The notes beneath the pieces are model-generated. The model made no database searches. It was not told where the DNA came from and was given only the letters and a program-made list of their open reading frames with translations. From NCBI RefSeq assembly GCF_009914755.1, contig NC_060927.1: 64,000 nucleotides of DNA. One strand, given 5' to 3'. Position 1 is the first letter of the stretch. Each line of letters opens with the position of its first letter. This document shows, in pieces, positions 16,793 through 30,941 of this stretch. The position numbers and the translations under genes were made by a program. Origin of the DNA: the human T2T-CHM13v2.0 reference genome, Homo sapiens.

Positions 16793-17050
16793 GTTTTAAA
16801 TTGATATATCATAGTTGTACATAGTTTGAAGGTACATATGATATTTTGATATATGTACAAGGTAGAACAATCAAGTCAGGGTAATTGGGATAGCCTCCAA
16901 CTCAAACATTTATCTGTTATTTGTGCTAGGAACACTACCATTCCTCTCTTCTAGCTACACTGAAATATACAATACATTATTACTAACTATAGTCTCCCTA
17001 CCATACTATTGAATACTGAAATTTATTCCCTTTATTGAACTGTATTTTCA
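16793..17050 (-). mobile_element. L1MA-type 3' end fragment within a MIR
   Basis: gttgtacat...gtacatatgatattttgatatatgtaca...ctcttctagcta...tattactaactatagtc resemble antisense L1MA 3'UTR. Confidence 0.7.
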
Positions 17051-20000
17051 ACCTTAGGATTCTTAACAGGAATAAATGAATTTGTGAAGGTGATGAGCTT
17101 AGCAGAATGCTTTGCATAGAGTATTGAGAGCCAATGCTGTAGACAACAGAGGTGGGTTTTTTTTAATGTTTTCTTCTTGTTACTTAATCAAGTGGGAAGA
17201 ATATAATTACCTTGTGTTTACCATTAATATGAACAGTAAAAGAAAATGAAGAATCACTTTAGAGAGATTGTATACCTATATTTATAAACAAAAATAAAAT
17301 TATATCATACTCATGATTTGACAAAGGAACATAATACTCCAAGATTAGGTGAATAAATATGTACACATAATCAGGATCCCATAATGCAGAGGATCATGCA
17401 GCTTATCTGCATTTACCTAAGGTCATCAAATTCTCACAACCAAGCAGCTCATAATGGTGTCCAGGTCTTTCTCTTATGATAAAATTAATTTTCTAAAGTC
17501 TTGAAAACACAATCATGAAAATAACTTGCCTTTTTTGCCTCTTTAGCCTAACTTACCAAGAAGACATATGGTCTGAAAAATGCAAAACATCTTATTTTAC
17601 GGGAAAGACCTGCAGAAGGGATGGGATGTTCACAGTGGATTTCTAACAAAGAGGAAACACCACAGCCATCAGAAGTGTTAGAGAAGAAGTTGTGCCTTAT
17701 CCACATCAAAGAAGGAAAATCCACACCCTTTCTATTTTGGATAAGGAAAAGACTCAACTCCTGGTGTGTGCTTTTTGGCTAAAAACTACAGCCTATATAA
17801 ATTTCCTAAAGACTGGAAAAAAATTTGCATGTATGAAAAGGATCAAACCATTTTCAAAGGATTTTTAACTGGCAATCTTTTAACTGGGGAGAAATAAGGG
17901 GGTAGAAATTACATCTGTCATCAAAGGATCCACCCTTCTGAAAATGTGTAATTGTGGTGTATCCCGCCCCATCACAGGCATAAAGGCAGCTCTAAATAAA
18001 AGTTCTTTCTAAAATTAACTGAGTATAAGAATCCCCTAGTCACCCATTGATATTTAATCCATTCTCAAATCATGTATGGCCTCTCAGAGACATTTCAGAT
18101 TAACATCAAACCTTTTTTCTCTCCCTTTTGCCAACTGGACCTGAGAGCCACTCTCGGCTACATGAGACAACAGAACCCTCCCTGGTGGCTCCCATGGGGG
18201 CTGTAGTTGTGTCTGACAGAGTAATGTTTGTTTAAAAGTGAACGAACAATAACCACAAGCTTGGCTGGATTTTTAAAAGGGTACGTGGATGTTTTCATTT
18301 TAATAACATTCTTCTAGGTTAAGAGTCTAAGTACCTAATGTACTCCATTCTCATTATGTTTTTTAAAAAAGTCATCAAATCAAAAGATATTTCTTATAGC
18401 AACTTGGATTCTCAGTAAGAAGATGATTTAAATGGTGGCATATTCCCTCAGTGACTTAGCCAAGGTCAAGCAGCTATTAAAAAGCCGAGAAAGGACCTGA
18501 ATCTACACATCAAGTTAGGACTCAAATGAGCTGATTATGTATATTGCATATAGAGCAAGAATTTCCCGAATAATTTCTCACCATTCACTTCCTTTACACT
18601 ATGCCAAAACCTCTTCAACATGTTTGCAGCTAACAACCTTCAGAATAGGAGGATGACATAAATAAATGGTCTCCGCTAAAGAAGAAAATAAGGATGACAA
18701 TTAATCTGATGATTTCACAAACTTTTGCCATAATTTTAAGTAGCACACTAATAGCATTATTTTGTATCTTATTTTCTTCAGAAAGTTGTATTAATTTTCT
18801 CCATCTCTTGGCCAGAAGACATACCTTTAGTCTTAGCTCACGTTACTTCCAAGACCTAAACGCACATTTAAAAGGTAGGTGTGGATATTGTAAAAGCTGT
18901 GATGCTGCAGACTTAATAATAAATTAATAATCACAGGTGCTGAATCTGAAATTGTTACTCTGGCAAGTGGTTTTTGCATTTTTAAAATCTTATCAATATT
19001 AATGAAGAATAAAATATTATTGTATAAAAATAAACCAACTCTGCGAAATGCCTTTATTCCATTTCTTTATTTCTCCTATAATGAAGTAATATGAAACAAT
19101 GCAAAGTATACAAGTTTAGGGTTAACACAGACCTTAGTACAACTTTTCTGAACTGAGGTTTTGTTTTAGCCACAGTCTCTACAACCTGTGGAACAGACTT
19201 AATACCTCGCTCAGTAGGTGTTTTCTGGTGTAAGATAGTATGTACATAGTTCATAGCTCTGTACCTAAGGGTAATTCCTTTTACCCAGTTTTTGTCGAGA
19301 GCTAAGAGAAACAAACAAAAAAAAAAAAGAAAGAAAGAAAACTAACTATAAAGCTTTCAGATAAAAATTTAAGATGGTGTTCATCTCAAATACAGAATTA
19401 CAGGGGATGTGCTGCCTGGGCCTAAGGTTCTTTGCTTGGGGAGCAGACGTTGAATTATTCTCGTGTTGCTTCTGGTGAAATTCTCATCTGTGGGATGAGA
19501 ATTTCTCAACCAAAGCACAGAGAAAAATCATGACTTTTGCTTGGGGGCATAATAAATCAGAGAAAGAAGAAGGAGCTAGAACCCAATGTTGTTTGTTGGC
19601 ACAACATTAATGACGCAGCCATTGGTGATGTCTGCTGTTTTTACTGAATTTTTAGTGTAAGTGTGATGTTAACTAAGAAGGTCAAAATTATGACATTTCT
19701 GTTTATTGATACAGACATACTCAAAGGTAGCTTACCCCTAATTAAAAGTCTCTGGATACATGTGATTAAATATATAAACTTCTGAATGGAGAATAGAAAT
19801 GTTGCCAAAGCAGGAAAAGGATCGATTTCCCAATTGCTTGACATGTGCTTGCACAAATTATCTAAGCATTTGCAGCTCCACACAGTCTGATCGATTAATA
19901 TGCTCCTTCCTTGTAAATAAATAACTCTTTAAAATTGTTGTTCCTACTGGAACTGACTACACAGTTTTCCCTTTTGTAGCTTATTTTTCATTGCTCAATA

Positions 20001-21620
20001 ACAACTACTTCTAACCCTTTGTTTGAGACAGATTAGAAAACCTAGAGACAGAAAATACTAATATTTATGTACAAAAGTGACTTTTGAGTTATTGGCATAT
20101 TTAATATATTTATTAATTATCCCTCTATTCATTAATATAGATCAAAAAATCATGGCATTATTTTACTTTGTTGATAATATTCTCTTTACCTTAGTTGGGT
20201 CTCAAACCTAAAAACCCATCCTTGTATATATCCCTAGTAATTTTACAAAATTAATAGTATGTAATGGTCTAATTCTTGAATTTTTACAGTAACACATTTC
20301 ACTGGACAGGTAAAGAGAGATGGGAATATTCCATTGGGTGCAGCAAAATTTACTAAAAGATTTAAATAAAGATTATTCTTCATTACCAAAACTGCCCTCA
20401 GTAAATTCTCCCCCAAACCCATTACTTTGCTTGATGGTATCATTAGCTACCCCATGACCCAAGCAACAAATGTTGAGGTCATCTACTCATCCCCAAAATT
20501 CAAACTAAATCTGTTTGATTCTAATCTTCCTAATACATCTGGGACTCACTGTCTTTTTTTATTCCCCAAAGCCACTATCCTATTTTAGAACCTATTTTAG
20601 AACCTCACTGTCTCTCACTTGGAGTCTCTTAAGGGCTATCACTGAATACCCTCTAACTGCATAACAAAGATTGACAGCTCAGAGTGAAACCTCTGTAGAA
20701 AGAAACAGATACTTACAAAAGAGAGTGCCACAGCATGAGGTGTCTGCTTCTCTGAGTGTTTCCCGGGGGTAGTTGCTGACCTCCAGATGCCCAGCTCATC
20801 TCTCTAATTCCCAACCTGCAGCAGTTCTGCTGGATTCCTTACCCTGCATATAGCTGAGTAAGAATCAGAACTCCTGCTTGTGCAGAAGAAGCCTCAGAAT
20901 TGATTAGATCATGGATGTGCATAGGCGTGAGGTTCTGTGTTAGAGTTTCAGCATACAGATTTCTCAATTTCACAAATGGTTAGGACTAGGGAAATCATGA
21001 ATCCAAATTCTCCCTTAAAGGTCAAGTGGGACACACCATACCTCAGTTAGTGCTAGCCCAGGGACTCAACCAGACCAGCATCCAGGGGACTCCATGAAGA
21101 TCTGAAAGAACCATACTCTCTGCTACCAAGAAGTCACACAAAGCCTCTCAAATATCCAGGCATTGTGTTGGAAAGGGGCATTGAGAAGAGAGAAGAAATC
21201 TGAAAGACCAAGTATTTTCCCCAAAAGATTGCACCATTTAAACAAACAAAACCAGAAGGGGACAGATTGGCAATTTAAAATTCTTCTCCATAGCCCAGCC
21301 TAAGATGGGAACTTGAGAGGAAGACTTGATCTGATGTGGAGCATAAGCTTTAACTTATTTACACATAAGAGCAGTAGTAATTAAGTCTACAATCCCTTTA
21401 TGAAAATCCATGCTATTTTCTCCACTTTGAAAATCCAGCGAACTCCTATTCATCTCCCTAGACTAAATTAAATTAGCCTTACAAATACTACCAGGTAGAA
21501 CAAATTCTTACTCTGCATATTTTATACCACACCGAATTTAACTCTATAAAAATACTTTTCAAATTCTATCACTGCTGTTTATACATCTGTATCATCTGCT
21601 TTAATAAAATACCATCAAGA

Positions 21621-21932
<312 letters not shown>

Positions 21933-23534
21933 TCAAGAAAAGGCAATGTCATCCATTTATTTGGCTCTTCTTTATAACTTAAATATCTAAATGCATTATG
22001 GGAAGTCAGTATTTGAATACGATCAGTATTTCTAAATTCAGATCTATAAAATTCCATAATGATCCCAATTTTTGTGGGTTTTTGTTAGTTTTGTTTCTGG
22101 TAATGATTCTTGGGTAGGAGAGGGTAGGAGAGGAGTGGGAAAAAGTAAGCAAAAGTGGAAGAAGGAAGACTTCAAAACAAAAATTGTTCTGGCTTACTGT
22201 AAGTTAAAAGCAGACCTGATCATCTGTGTTTTCACAGCTAAATGATCTCAAAGATGCCTTATTATATATCACACATTAACAAATATTGGAAATAAAGGAA
22301 TTGGTCCAAGTGTTCAACAAGTTCCTGAAAGTGATTACTTTCTGCCCTCTCAACACGAGTTCTGTTGTGCAAGTTTTCTTATCAAAACTTAATGTGCTAG
22401 TTTTCAATTTGGCTTTACTCAAGGTAAGCGCAACAGAGACCAAACATAAAATTTCATATGAAACACATGGAAATAATCTTTATTTCAATAGATCTAAAGT
22501 CTCATTGATGATAATAAAAAAATTTAAAGCCATTTTTAAAGGAGTTCTTTCTTAGGTTCTTAAAATGAACACATCATTTAAAAAAACTAAATCCCTAAAA
22601 TATTATTTCCTCAGAATATTATTATGTACAATACATCTGGATAAGCATGCTATGGGATAATTCCCTTGGCAATATTAAGTGAAAAACCTTAACTGGACAC
22701 ATTCTTAGATGTCTAGGGAGAGAAGGCAGGTTATTCATTAAGCTCAATGATTCTATATTTCTTTGTTAATTTGGAAAGTGGTAAATGCAAACAAGGTAAG
22801 CCTGTGTTCCCTTTCACTACACTGATGTATAAAGAAAACACATAGATCTCTCTTGTATTTAGGTTGTTACCAAAATTAGTCATAATTGGGAAGGGAAGGA
22901 TAAAATTTGACTCTGTTATCATATTCTGCTCTTGGATGGTACTTGATAACTGAATTATTAGGGTCAAAATTAATAGAACATTAACAGAGACCAGATCAGA
23001 AGGAGGGCAAATGGGTATAGGTTTTTCTTCCCAGAATAATAGTTACGGGCTTGTGAGAATGTCAAAGATTGAAAAGAATGACCCTTGTACTTGATTTTCT
23101 CATTTTTTAAAAAAGTAAGAAACTTAATGAGATTAATTCTGATTAAAATGAAAAATTTTATGTAGCATTTTTATATATACTACAGCCTTGAAAACAGTTC
23201 CTGCAATACCTGCAGATGTTCATAAATGACCAAACTCCCTCTACCTTTGGAATATAGCGTGTTCGACCCCTACCTATAGCACACTTTAACTCTCCCACAC
23301 TTACACCACCCTAAGTACTTAAAGTGTGTGAAAACCAGAGGGAACAAGAAATAGACCCAGTTTTGTCAGAAGTCTTCGCCATGGCCCCCGTGGTGTCCCC
23401 AGGCAGATATTGGGAGCTCCACACTGACACCATATTCTCTAGCCCTTTATCTTATCTCCTAGGGCCAGCATTCATGCCAAGTGACTAAGGAAGTTTCCAA
23501 ATGAGTGAATCAGATGTTGAAAATTCATTGTTAA

Positions 23535-23747
23535 TGAGAACACTTGGACACAGAGTGAGGAACATCACACACCGGGGCCTGTCGTGGGGCGGGGGAAGCG
23601 GGGAGGGATAGCATTAGGAGATACACCTAATGTAAATGACGAGTTAATGGGTGCAGCACACCAACATAGCACATGTATACATATGTAACAAACCTGCACG
23701 TTGTGCACATGTACGCTACAACTTAAAGTATAATAAAAAAAGAGAAA
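23535..23747 (+). mobile_element. L1PA 3' end (about 210 bp, heavily 5'-truncated)
   Basis: L1 3'UTR G-tract and gcacatgtatacatatgtaacaaacctgcac. 16-bp TSD gaaaattcattgttaa at 23519-23534 and 23748-23763. Confidence 0.95.
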
Positions 23748-24787
23748 GAAAATTCATTGTTAAATCAGATGTTGAAATTTCACCAAAAATTCCAAAGTAG
23801 TTGTTTGAAACAAGGGCAACAGAGGATGGGCATACATGTCCAGAGACTAGCTCATTAAAAAACACCTTAATGTCTCCTTCCTTGTGACCTTCTGTTCCCG
23901 CCCTCCCAACAGGAGGACTGGACGGATGTTCTGTCCTGACTCTAGAGGGTGGTCACACATACCTTATGCCTCATTCTCCACCTCCCCTCTTTCTGTATTT
24001 TGTCAGTAAAGGGATGTAGCATTTATAGGAATAAGTCATGGGCATCTGAGACATGGGAGGGCAAGTATGTCAGAAACTTGGAAACAAGTGCTGGTTGTCA
24101 TGCCGGACTTTCCAAACCCATGGAGTCATAATAATATGGGTAGGACAAGATGGGTGTCCAATCTGTGGGGCCTGTTTAAAAAGACTTGCATACCACAAGG
24201 CTACCACCGTGGTGCAATTGGGGTTTTTGATCCCATATTTAGCTAGTAATGCCTGACACCACATCACATTTTAGTCACAGGGTGAAGAAATGATGAATGG
24301 GGACGTTTGTTGGGGAGGCTTCCTGGGTCTGGCAGAGTCTCAGTGGTCAGTGAGGTAAAGAACTTGTGGTTTGGTGTCTGTGTCATGAAGCACAAAGACC
24401 GAAGTCAATGAATCTTCTCTGTAGGTAGATTTATTTGGGCTTTGCCTGCCAGCCTTCAGAATTGCTCCTTCCTCTGTGCCCCAACAGACCCTTTCCATTT
24501 CTCATTATGCATCAGGTCAAACATGCTTCTTAACTAAATAAACATGGCTACATCCCCAAATAGATTGGAAATTTCTTTAGAAGATATCATTCGTTTTTAT
24601 TTTTTTCCATTTCTCCTTTTCCTTGTGGAGTATACCGGATCAAAGGCACTAAAAAATATGCTGAGTAAAATGCTTACTGAAAACAAAATATTAATCTGTA
24701 CAGAAAGGTAAATAAACATTTTATGGACATATTTTTCACAGTTCTCACTGAGCATATTTTAGACTCAAAAAATATTTACCACCTATT

Positions 24788-25118
<331 letters not shown>

Positions 25119-26264
25119 CTAGTAGAATTCTTCACCAGGCACTTGAACACTACCAAGTCTTTATACACATTATTCCTTTTTCTTGGAGAGCCCCACCCCA
25201 TTTCCTCTGTGTGGAATGTTTTACTCCTTTGCAAGACGTAACTTCAGTGTCAATTTCTCACAGAAGTTTCCTTCATTCACTCAGTTACCTACTCCCTCAT
25301 CAATACTATCATAGCCTTCTCATGTATTATTTTTTTATTCCGCCTGCCATCTCTCAAAACTATGAACAAATAAGGTATGACTGTGCTTCTTTCTACCTGC
25401 CAACACAGGTATTCAGTCTTATTTGGAATATAATGTTTGTTCTATAAATAAAATAAATATCAAAGCTAGTTTTTTATTGTGCAAGTGAAGAGGAATTTCA
25501 GCCACAAAAAATCAAAAGCCAAGTAATCCAAAAATTATGTGTTGGCTTTTAGTATTGATTTGGATTTGTGGAGACCATTTTAGCTTCTGGATTGTGTTTA
25601 CCAAGGTACAGCATTAAGCTCAAATTTGCTAAATGCTTTCTGGTCTGATATAAAGCATTCAGATTGATGGAAGTGGTTCTAAGAGTCATGATTGCCATAT
25701 GGAAACACGAAGTGGACACATTTGTTACCTTAACAGTAACTTCTTTTAATGACTATACACTCTCAACTTTACACTTCTGCATAATTCATAGTTAATGAAA
25801 TGATATAATAGGATGCCCCTATTTCCCATTATTACTAAGAAAAGAAAGGAAGTGTTACTACAATATCAATTTAGGACAGGTGATTACATCTTAATGTCTG
25901 TAAATGGCTATTTGCTTATATATATTGTACTAGAAAGTTTTCTTTATAAATACCAATCAATATAAGTTTCAAAGGAAAGATGGCACAAGCCAGATCCTTA
26001 ACAAATAGAGTACCTGATAATTCTGAAAAGAATGATGGCAAATGAGGCTTTTTAAAGAGTACATAGGCTGGCAGAGGAAAACAGTATTCTGACAGTGTGA
26101 AAGCAAAGAGATGTTGGAGATGCCATATTTGTTTCTTTTGTTTTGTTTTGACATTCTCTGTGAAGTAGGAAATGTTACATGCAAAGAGGCTGAGATATTA
26201 AAGAAAGGGAAGAGAGAGCATAACCTGATGTATTAGAATAGGAACAACGTGGAACTAGGTTTTA

Positions 26265-26622
<358 letters not shown>

Positions 26623-29600
26623 TTAGCAACTCTATATTTCTATCAAAGGAGAAATACTTCAGCTGAAATAGTATAAAAGGGCCATGTACTCAGGGCAAGT
26701 AGTTTATACTAAAATAACCCCAATGCCATGAGTCACTTCCTCACCAACTTTGTCAATCTTTGGTTTGCTAAAAAGCAAAACCCTCCAAGAAGACAGTTGC
26801 TTAGCAAAATAGCTAGTGCTTAAGGCAAGGAACGAAGTCTAGAAAATACTCTCATTAGGAGCTACATCTTGCTTACATGGCTATCTTTAAAAATAAGGAA
26901 AAGTGCAAGGGACTTATGGCATTTTTCCAAAGGCAGAGTGCTGTTCTAGTTATCCAGCATTAGAGAGCTTACAGCTGCCTTATTAAGAGGATTATTCTTT
27001 CGGGAAGCTGGGATCTGAACTCTTTTCAGTCTTACTGGTATGTGCCCTTTTATTTTGAAAGCTCATTCATTTCAAGCAGTAAATTTTTATATTTTATTTA
27101 AGGCAATTAAGCAAAGATAATGAGACTTTTAAAAAGACAAAGAGGAAAAGAAGGGGCAAAGGAAAATAATATCCTTCCTTCCTATTCTACATCCGCTCCT
27201 GTAGTTCTTGTTTTTGCTCATAGAACCACAATCCATCAATCACCCAGGCTTTAAATCTCCGAGTCAATTCTGATCCCCTTCCTTTACTTTCTAATCCCCC
27301 CCAAAAATGATACAAACACCTATTAATTTCACCTGCTTAGTGTCTCATACATGTGATCTCTCTTCTCCTACTCCAATTCACCACCCAAAATTCCTCCCTT
27401 TATTAGAGCTTTCCTTAGTAGTGTGGGAGATAAAATCATGAAAAGAATGAAGGGACACAGTTTGAGAAGTAGAAATAATTCTGACATCAATTCTAAGAAA
27501 TAATACTAAGCAACGATAATAGAAAATTGATAAACAACTCTAAAACCTTAGTTGTGATCATGCAGTGCGAATACATAGTAGACGGCAGAGACATAGCTCT
27601 GTGTCATTTGTCTGCAGTGCTCAGTGAACAGTGGTGGAGTGCTGTAAAGCTTGACAAGACAGACAGTTGAGGAAAAGAATGATCATCAATCCTTATTGCA
27701 ATGCAAATGGCCCTACCCTTCTATACACGTGACTAGCTAAAGAGGTTGGCCATGAGTTGGGGGTTGGTCTGGAGAGAAAGGGAAAGAGGAACGAAGGCCA
27801 TAGAGGAAAGTTCTGCTGGATAGCTAGAAAGGGTGAAATCAGATAAAGAAATCTGAGAAAATTAAAGGAAAATTATTAAGGCAGTGTCCTCACGGTTGTT
27901 GAACTCACAGGCATTGGTAGCTGGAGAGTGGATAAAAAGGAAGGATCGTGATGAACCACAAGTCATCTTCAGAAACTGAAGTCATCAAAGGTGTCCAGGA
28001 TGGAGAAGAGAGAGAGTAGATGGCACTGCTGAAAATGTGACTGAGTGGAAGAAAAAAAGTGATTGCTACTATTTACAGTGTTTGTTTGCTTTGTTTTGGG
28101 TTTGGTTTAACATTGTTGTCAAAATGATTTGCAGTAGATACACTGAAAATAATTAATATGCTGGTGGCTTTTTTGGTAAGTTTTAGAAAAATTCACCACA
28201 TTAATCATTAATGAAAATTTCATTAAAATTGAAGATTATACGCTATAAGTTTAAATGGCTCACTGAAAAATTCTCATGAAGTCATTTAGTTTTCATTTTA
28301 CATGATAAAAATTTCACATCCTTTTCCCATTATCAACTTGGCTCCCAAGAATAAAAAAGTGGTGCTATGTAGCTAGCATGAACTAAAATAATTTTGATTA
28401 ATTTTAAGAATTCCACAAACATTGATATAGAGCAATAGGTGACAATCTGATACACTGTAAAACCAGAATCGAGAATGTGTTTCTCTGGAAAATTAACATC
28501 TGCTCTACTGACTGGAACTATGGAGCTCTGTACATTGCAAAGACACTAATCAGTAATCCAATACTGACACTATTTCTTCCACCCAGGAAAGCAAAATCTT
28601 GGACCAAGTCCTCATGACAACATCCAAGTAACAAGCAGGAAATTCCAAGCTTGAAGTTATAGTTTCTATTTAGCTTTCTTTAGTATTTCAACTAGCCTCG
28701 GGATTCTTGCAGAAGGCATTCCTTTGAAAAGTTATTTTCCATTTCTCTTACATATCTGATGTCCTTGAATTCTATGACCCTGGTTGCTGATGGCAACCAG
28801 AACCATTCTAGACAGACTTGTTCTGATTTATGAAACAGTGAACCAAATTTAGCAGCCAAGTAAAACAGCCCACTGATTCACATTTTCCCTACAGGTTCCA
28901 CAGAACCCAGGCACAGCTCCATAACCATTGGGACAATGGTGGCCTTGGAAAGGCTGACTCAAGCTCATAGCCTTGATGTCCTGAGTACAATACAGCAACA
29001 ACAGTGGGGTACTGGGTCTCTCTGACATTCTGCCCAACCCAAAACAGGAAGTGATAAAACTGAGATAATAAAAAGACATATATAGTACTTTGTAATCCGC
29101 AAAACACCTAACACAGCCAATACAGAGAAACATCCTTCTGTTCATCCTGTAAAGGAAGAGGACCACTTTTCTTCACTAGAAGACAAAAGAAACAAGACTC
29201 AGAGGTGTAAATGACTGGTCCAAAGTCAGGCAGCTAGAAAAGGAATGACTAGAACAATTATTCAGATTTTTTGACTGATCATCCATGATTATGTCATTGT
29301 ATCGAGACAATTCTGCCACAGTCAGGCCAAATATAATCAATATCACAAGTTTGAAAACTTAGTAAAAGAATAGAGCCAGTATTTCCCAAAGTAAGTTCCA
29401 TTAGTTTTCACAGAAAAGTGAACATGTGCTTTATTCTTAGGTTTTGACAGGCATATCTAAGAATTTTATATGTATTAGCTTATTTAATTATTATAACACT
29501 TTTAGAAGTTGCTCATTGTACAGACATGAAAACTGAGACTTATTATTATGTTCATTTTACAGATGACAAAACCGAGTCTTACAGACATTAAATATCTAAC

Positions 29601-29666
29601 CCAAATTTACACACCTATACACAGGAACTTGAAGCTGACTCATGTCTCAAAGACAAATTGTCTCAA

Positions 29667-29669
<3 letters not shown>

Positions 29670-29711
<42 letters not shown>
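29670..29711. repeat. (TA)n microsatellite, about 21 units
   Basis: Uninterrupted run. Confidence 0.95.
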
Positions 29712-29715
<4 letters not shown>

Positions 29716-29926
29716 ATTATCACCTCAAAATGTTAAGCAATGAACCTATATCTACACCAAGAAGAGTTATACAATGTTCAACATTTTGCTTACAATTCTG
29801 CAATGTAAGCAAACCAAAAAAACCTCATCCAAAAGTTTACAAGGAGAATTTAATTTCAAATTTCTCTTGGGTTCCACAGTGAGCAACAATAAGAGAGAGC
29901 TAAGTCCATGAAGATATGTAATTTAG

Positions 29927-30265
<339 letters not shown>

Positions 30266-30586
30266 AAAAACAGGCTGTAATTCTAACTCATTACGACTCA
30301 AGTGAAAGGCAAGTAAATACAGCATAAAAGGCAACAACAACAACAAAAACCCATGTGTAATGTAAACCATCTCTTTTGATGCCCTATCTTGGATTCTGAA
30401 AATCATGTAGTCCTTTAACTGATTAGGGAATGAAATACAACACTGCACATCAGCGTGTACACAGAGCACAAACAGAATGTTTACAAACAATACAAACAAA
30501 CGCCAAGAACCTGACAAATAGACCTAGGCCCATACAACTGCCATTTCCTTTAAGTACAATAATGAACAATTGGGAATATTATTCAG

Positions 30587-30941
30587 TGATACGGTTTGGA
30601 TTTGTGTCCCTGCCCAAATCTCATGTTGAACTGGAGAAGGGGCTTGGTGGGTGGTGATTTGATCACAGAGGCTGATTCCTCCCTTGCTGTTCTCATGATA
30701 GTGAGTGAATTCTCACAAGATCTAGTGGTTTAAAAGTGTGTGGCACTCCCTCCTTCACTTTCTCTCTCCTGCTTTGCCACGGTAACACGTGCTTGCTTCC
30801 CATTTGCCTTTCACTATGACTGTAAGCTTCCTGAGGCCTCCTCACGCTTCCTGTGGAATTGTGTCAATTACACCTCTTTTCTTCATAAATGACCCAGTCT
30901 CAGGTAGTTCATACATAGCAGTGTGAAAATGAACTAATACA
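30587..30941 (+). mobile_element. ERVL-MaLR solo LTR (MST/THE1 type, probably MSTA)
   Basis: TG...CA termini (tgatacggtttggatttgtgtcc ... gaactaataca) and a 5-bp TSD ttcag on both sides. Confidence 0.92.

Noticed and set aside
28208-28226. AT-rich palindrome ttaatgaaa-a-tttcattaa
   Set aside because: Short and low complexity, so expected by chance in AT-rich DNA.
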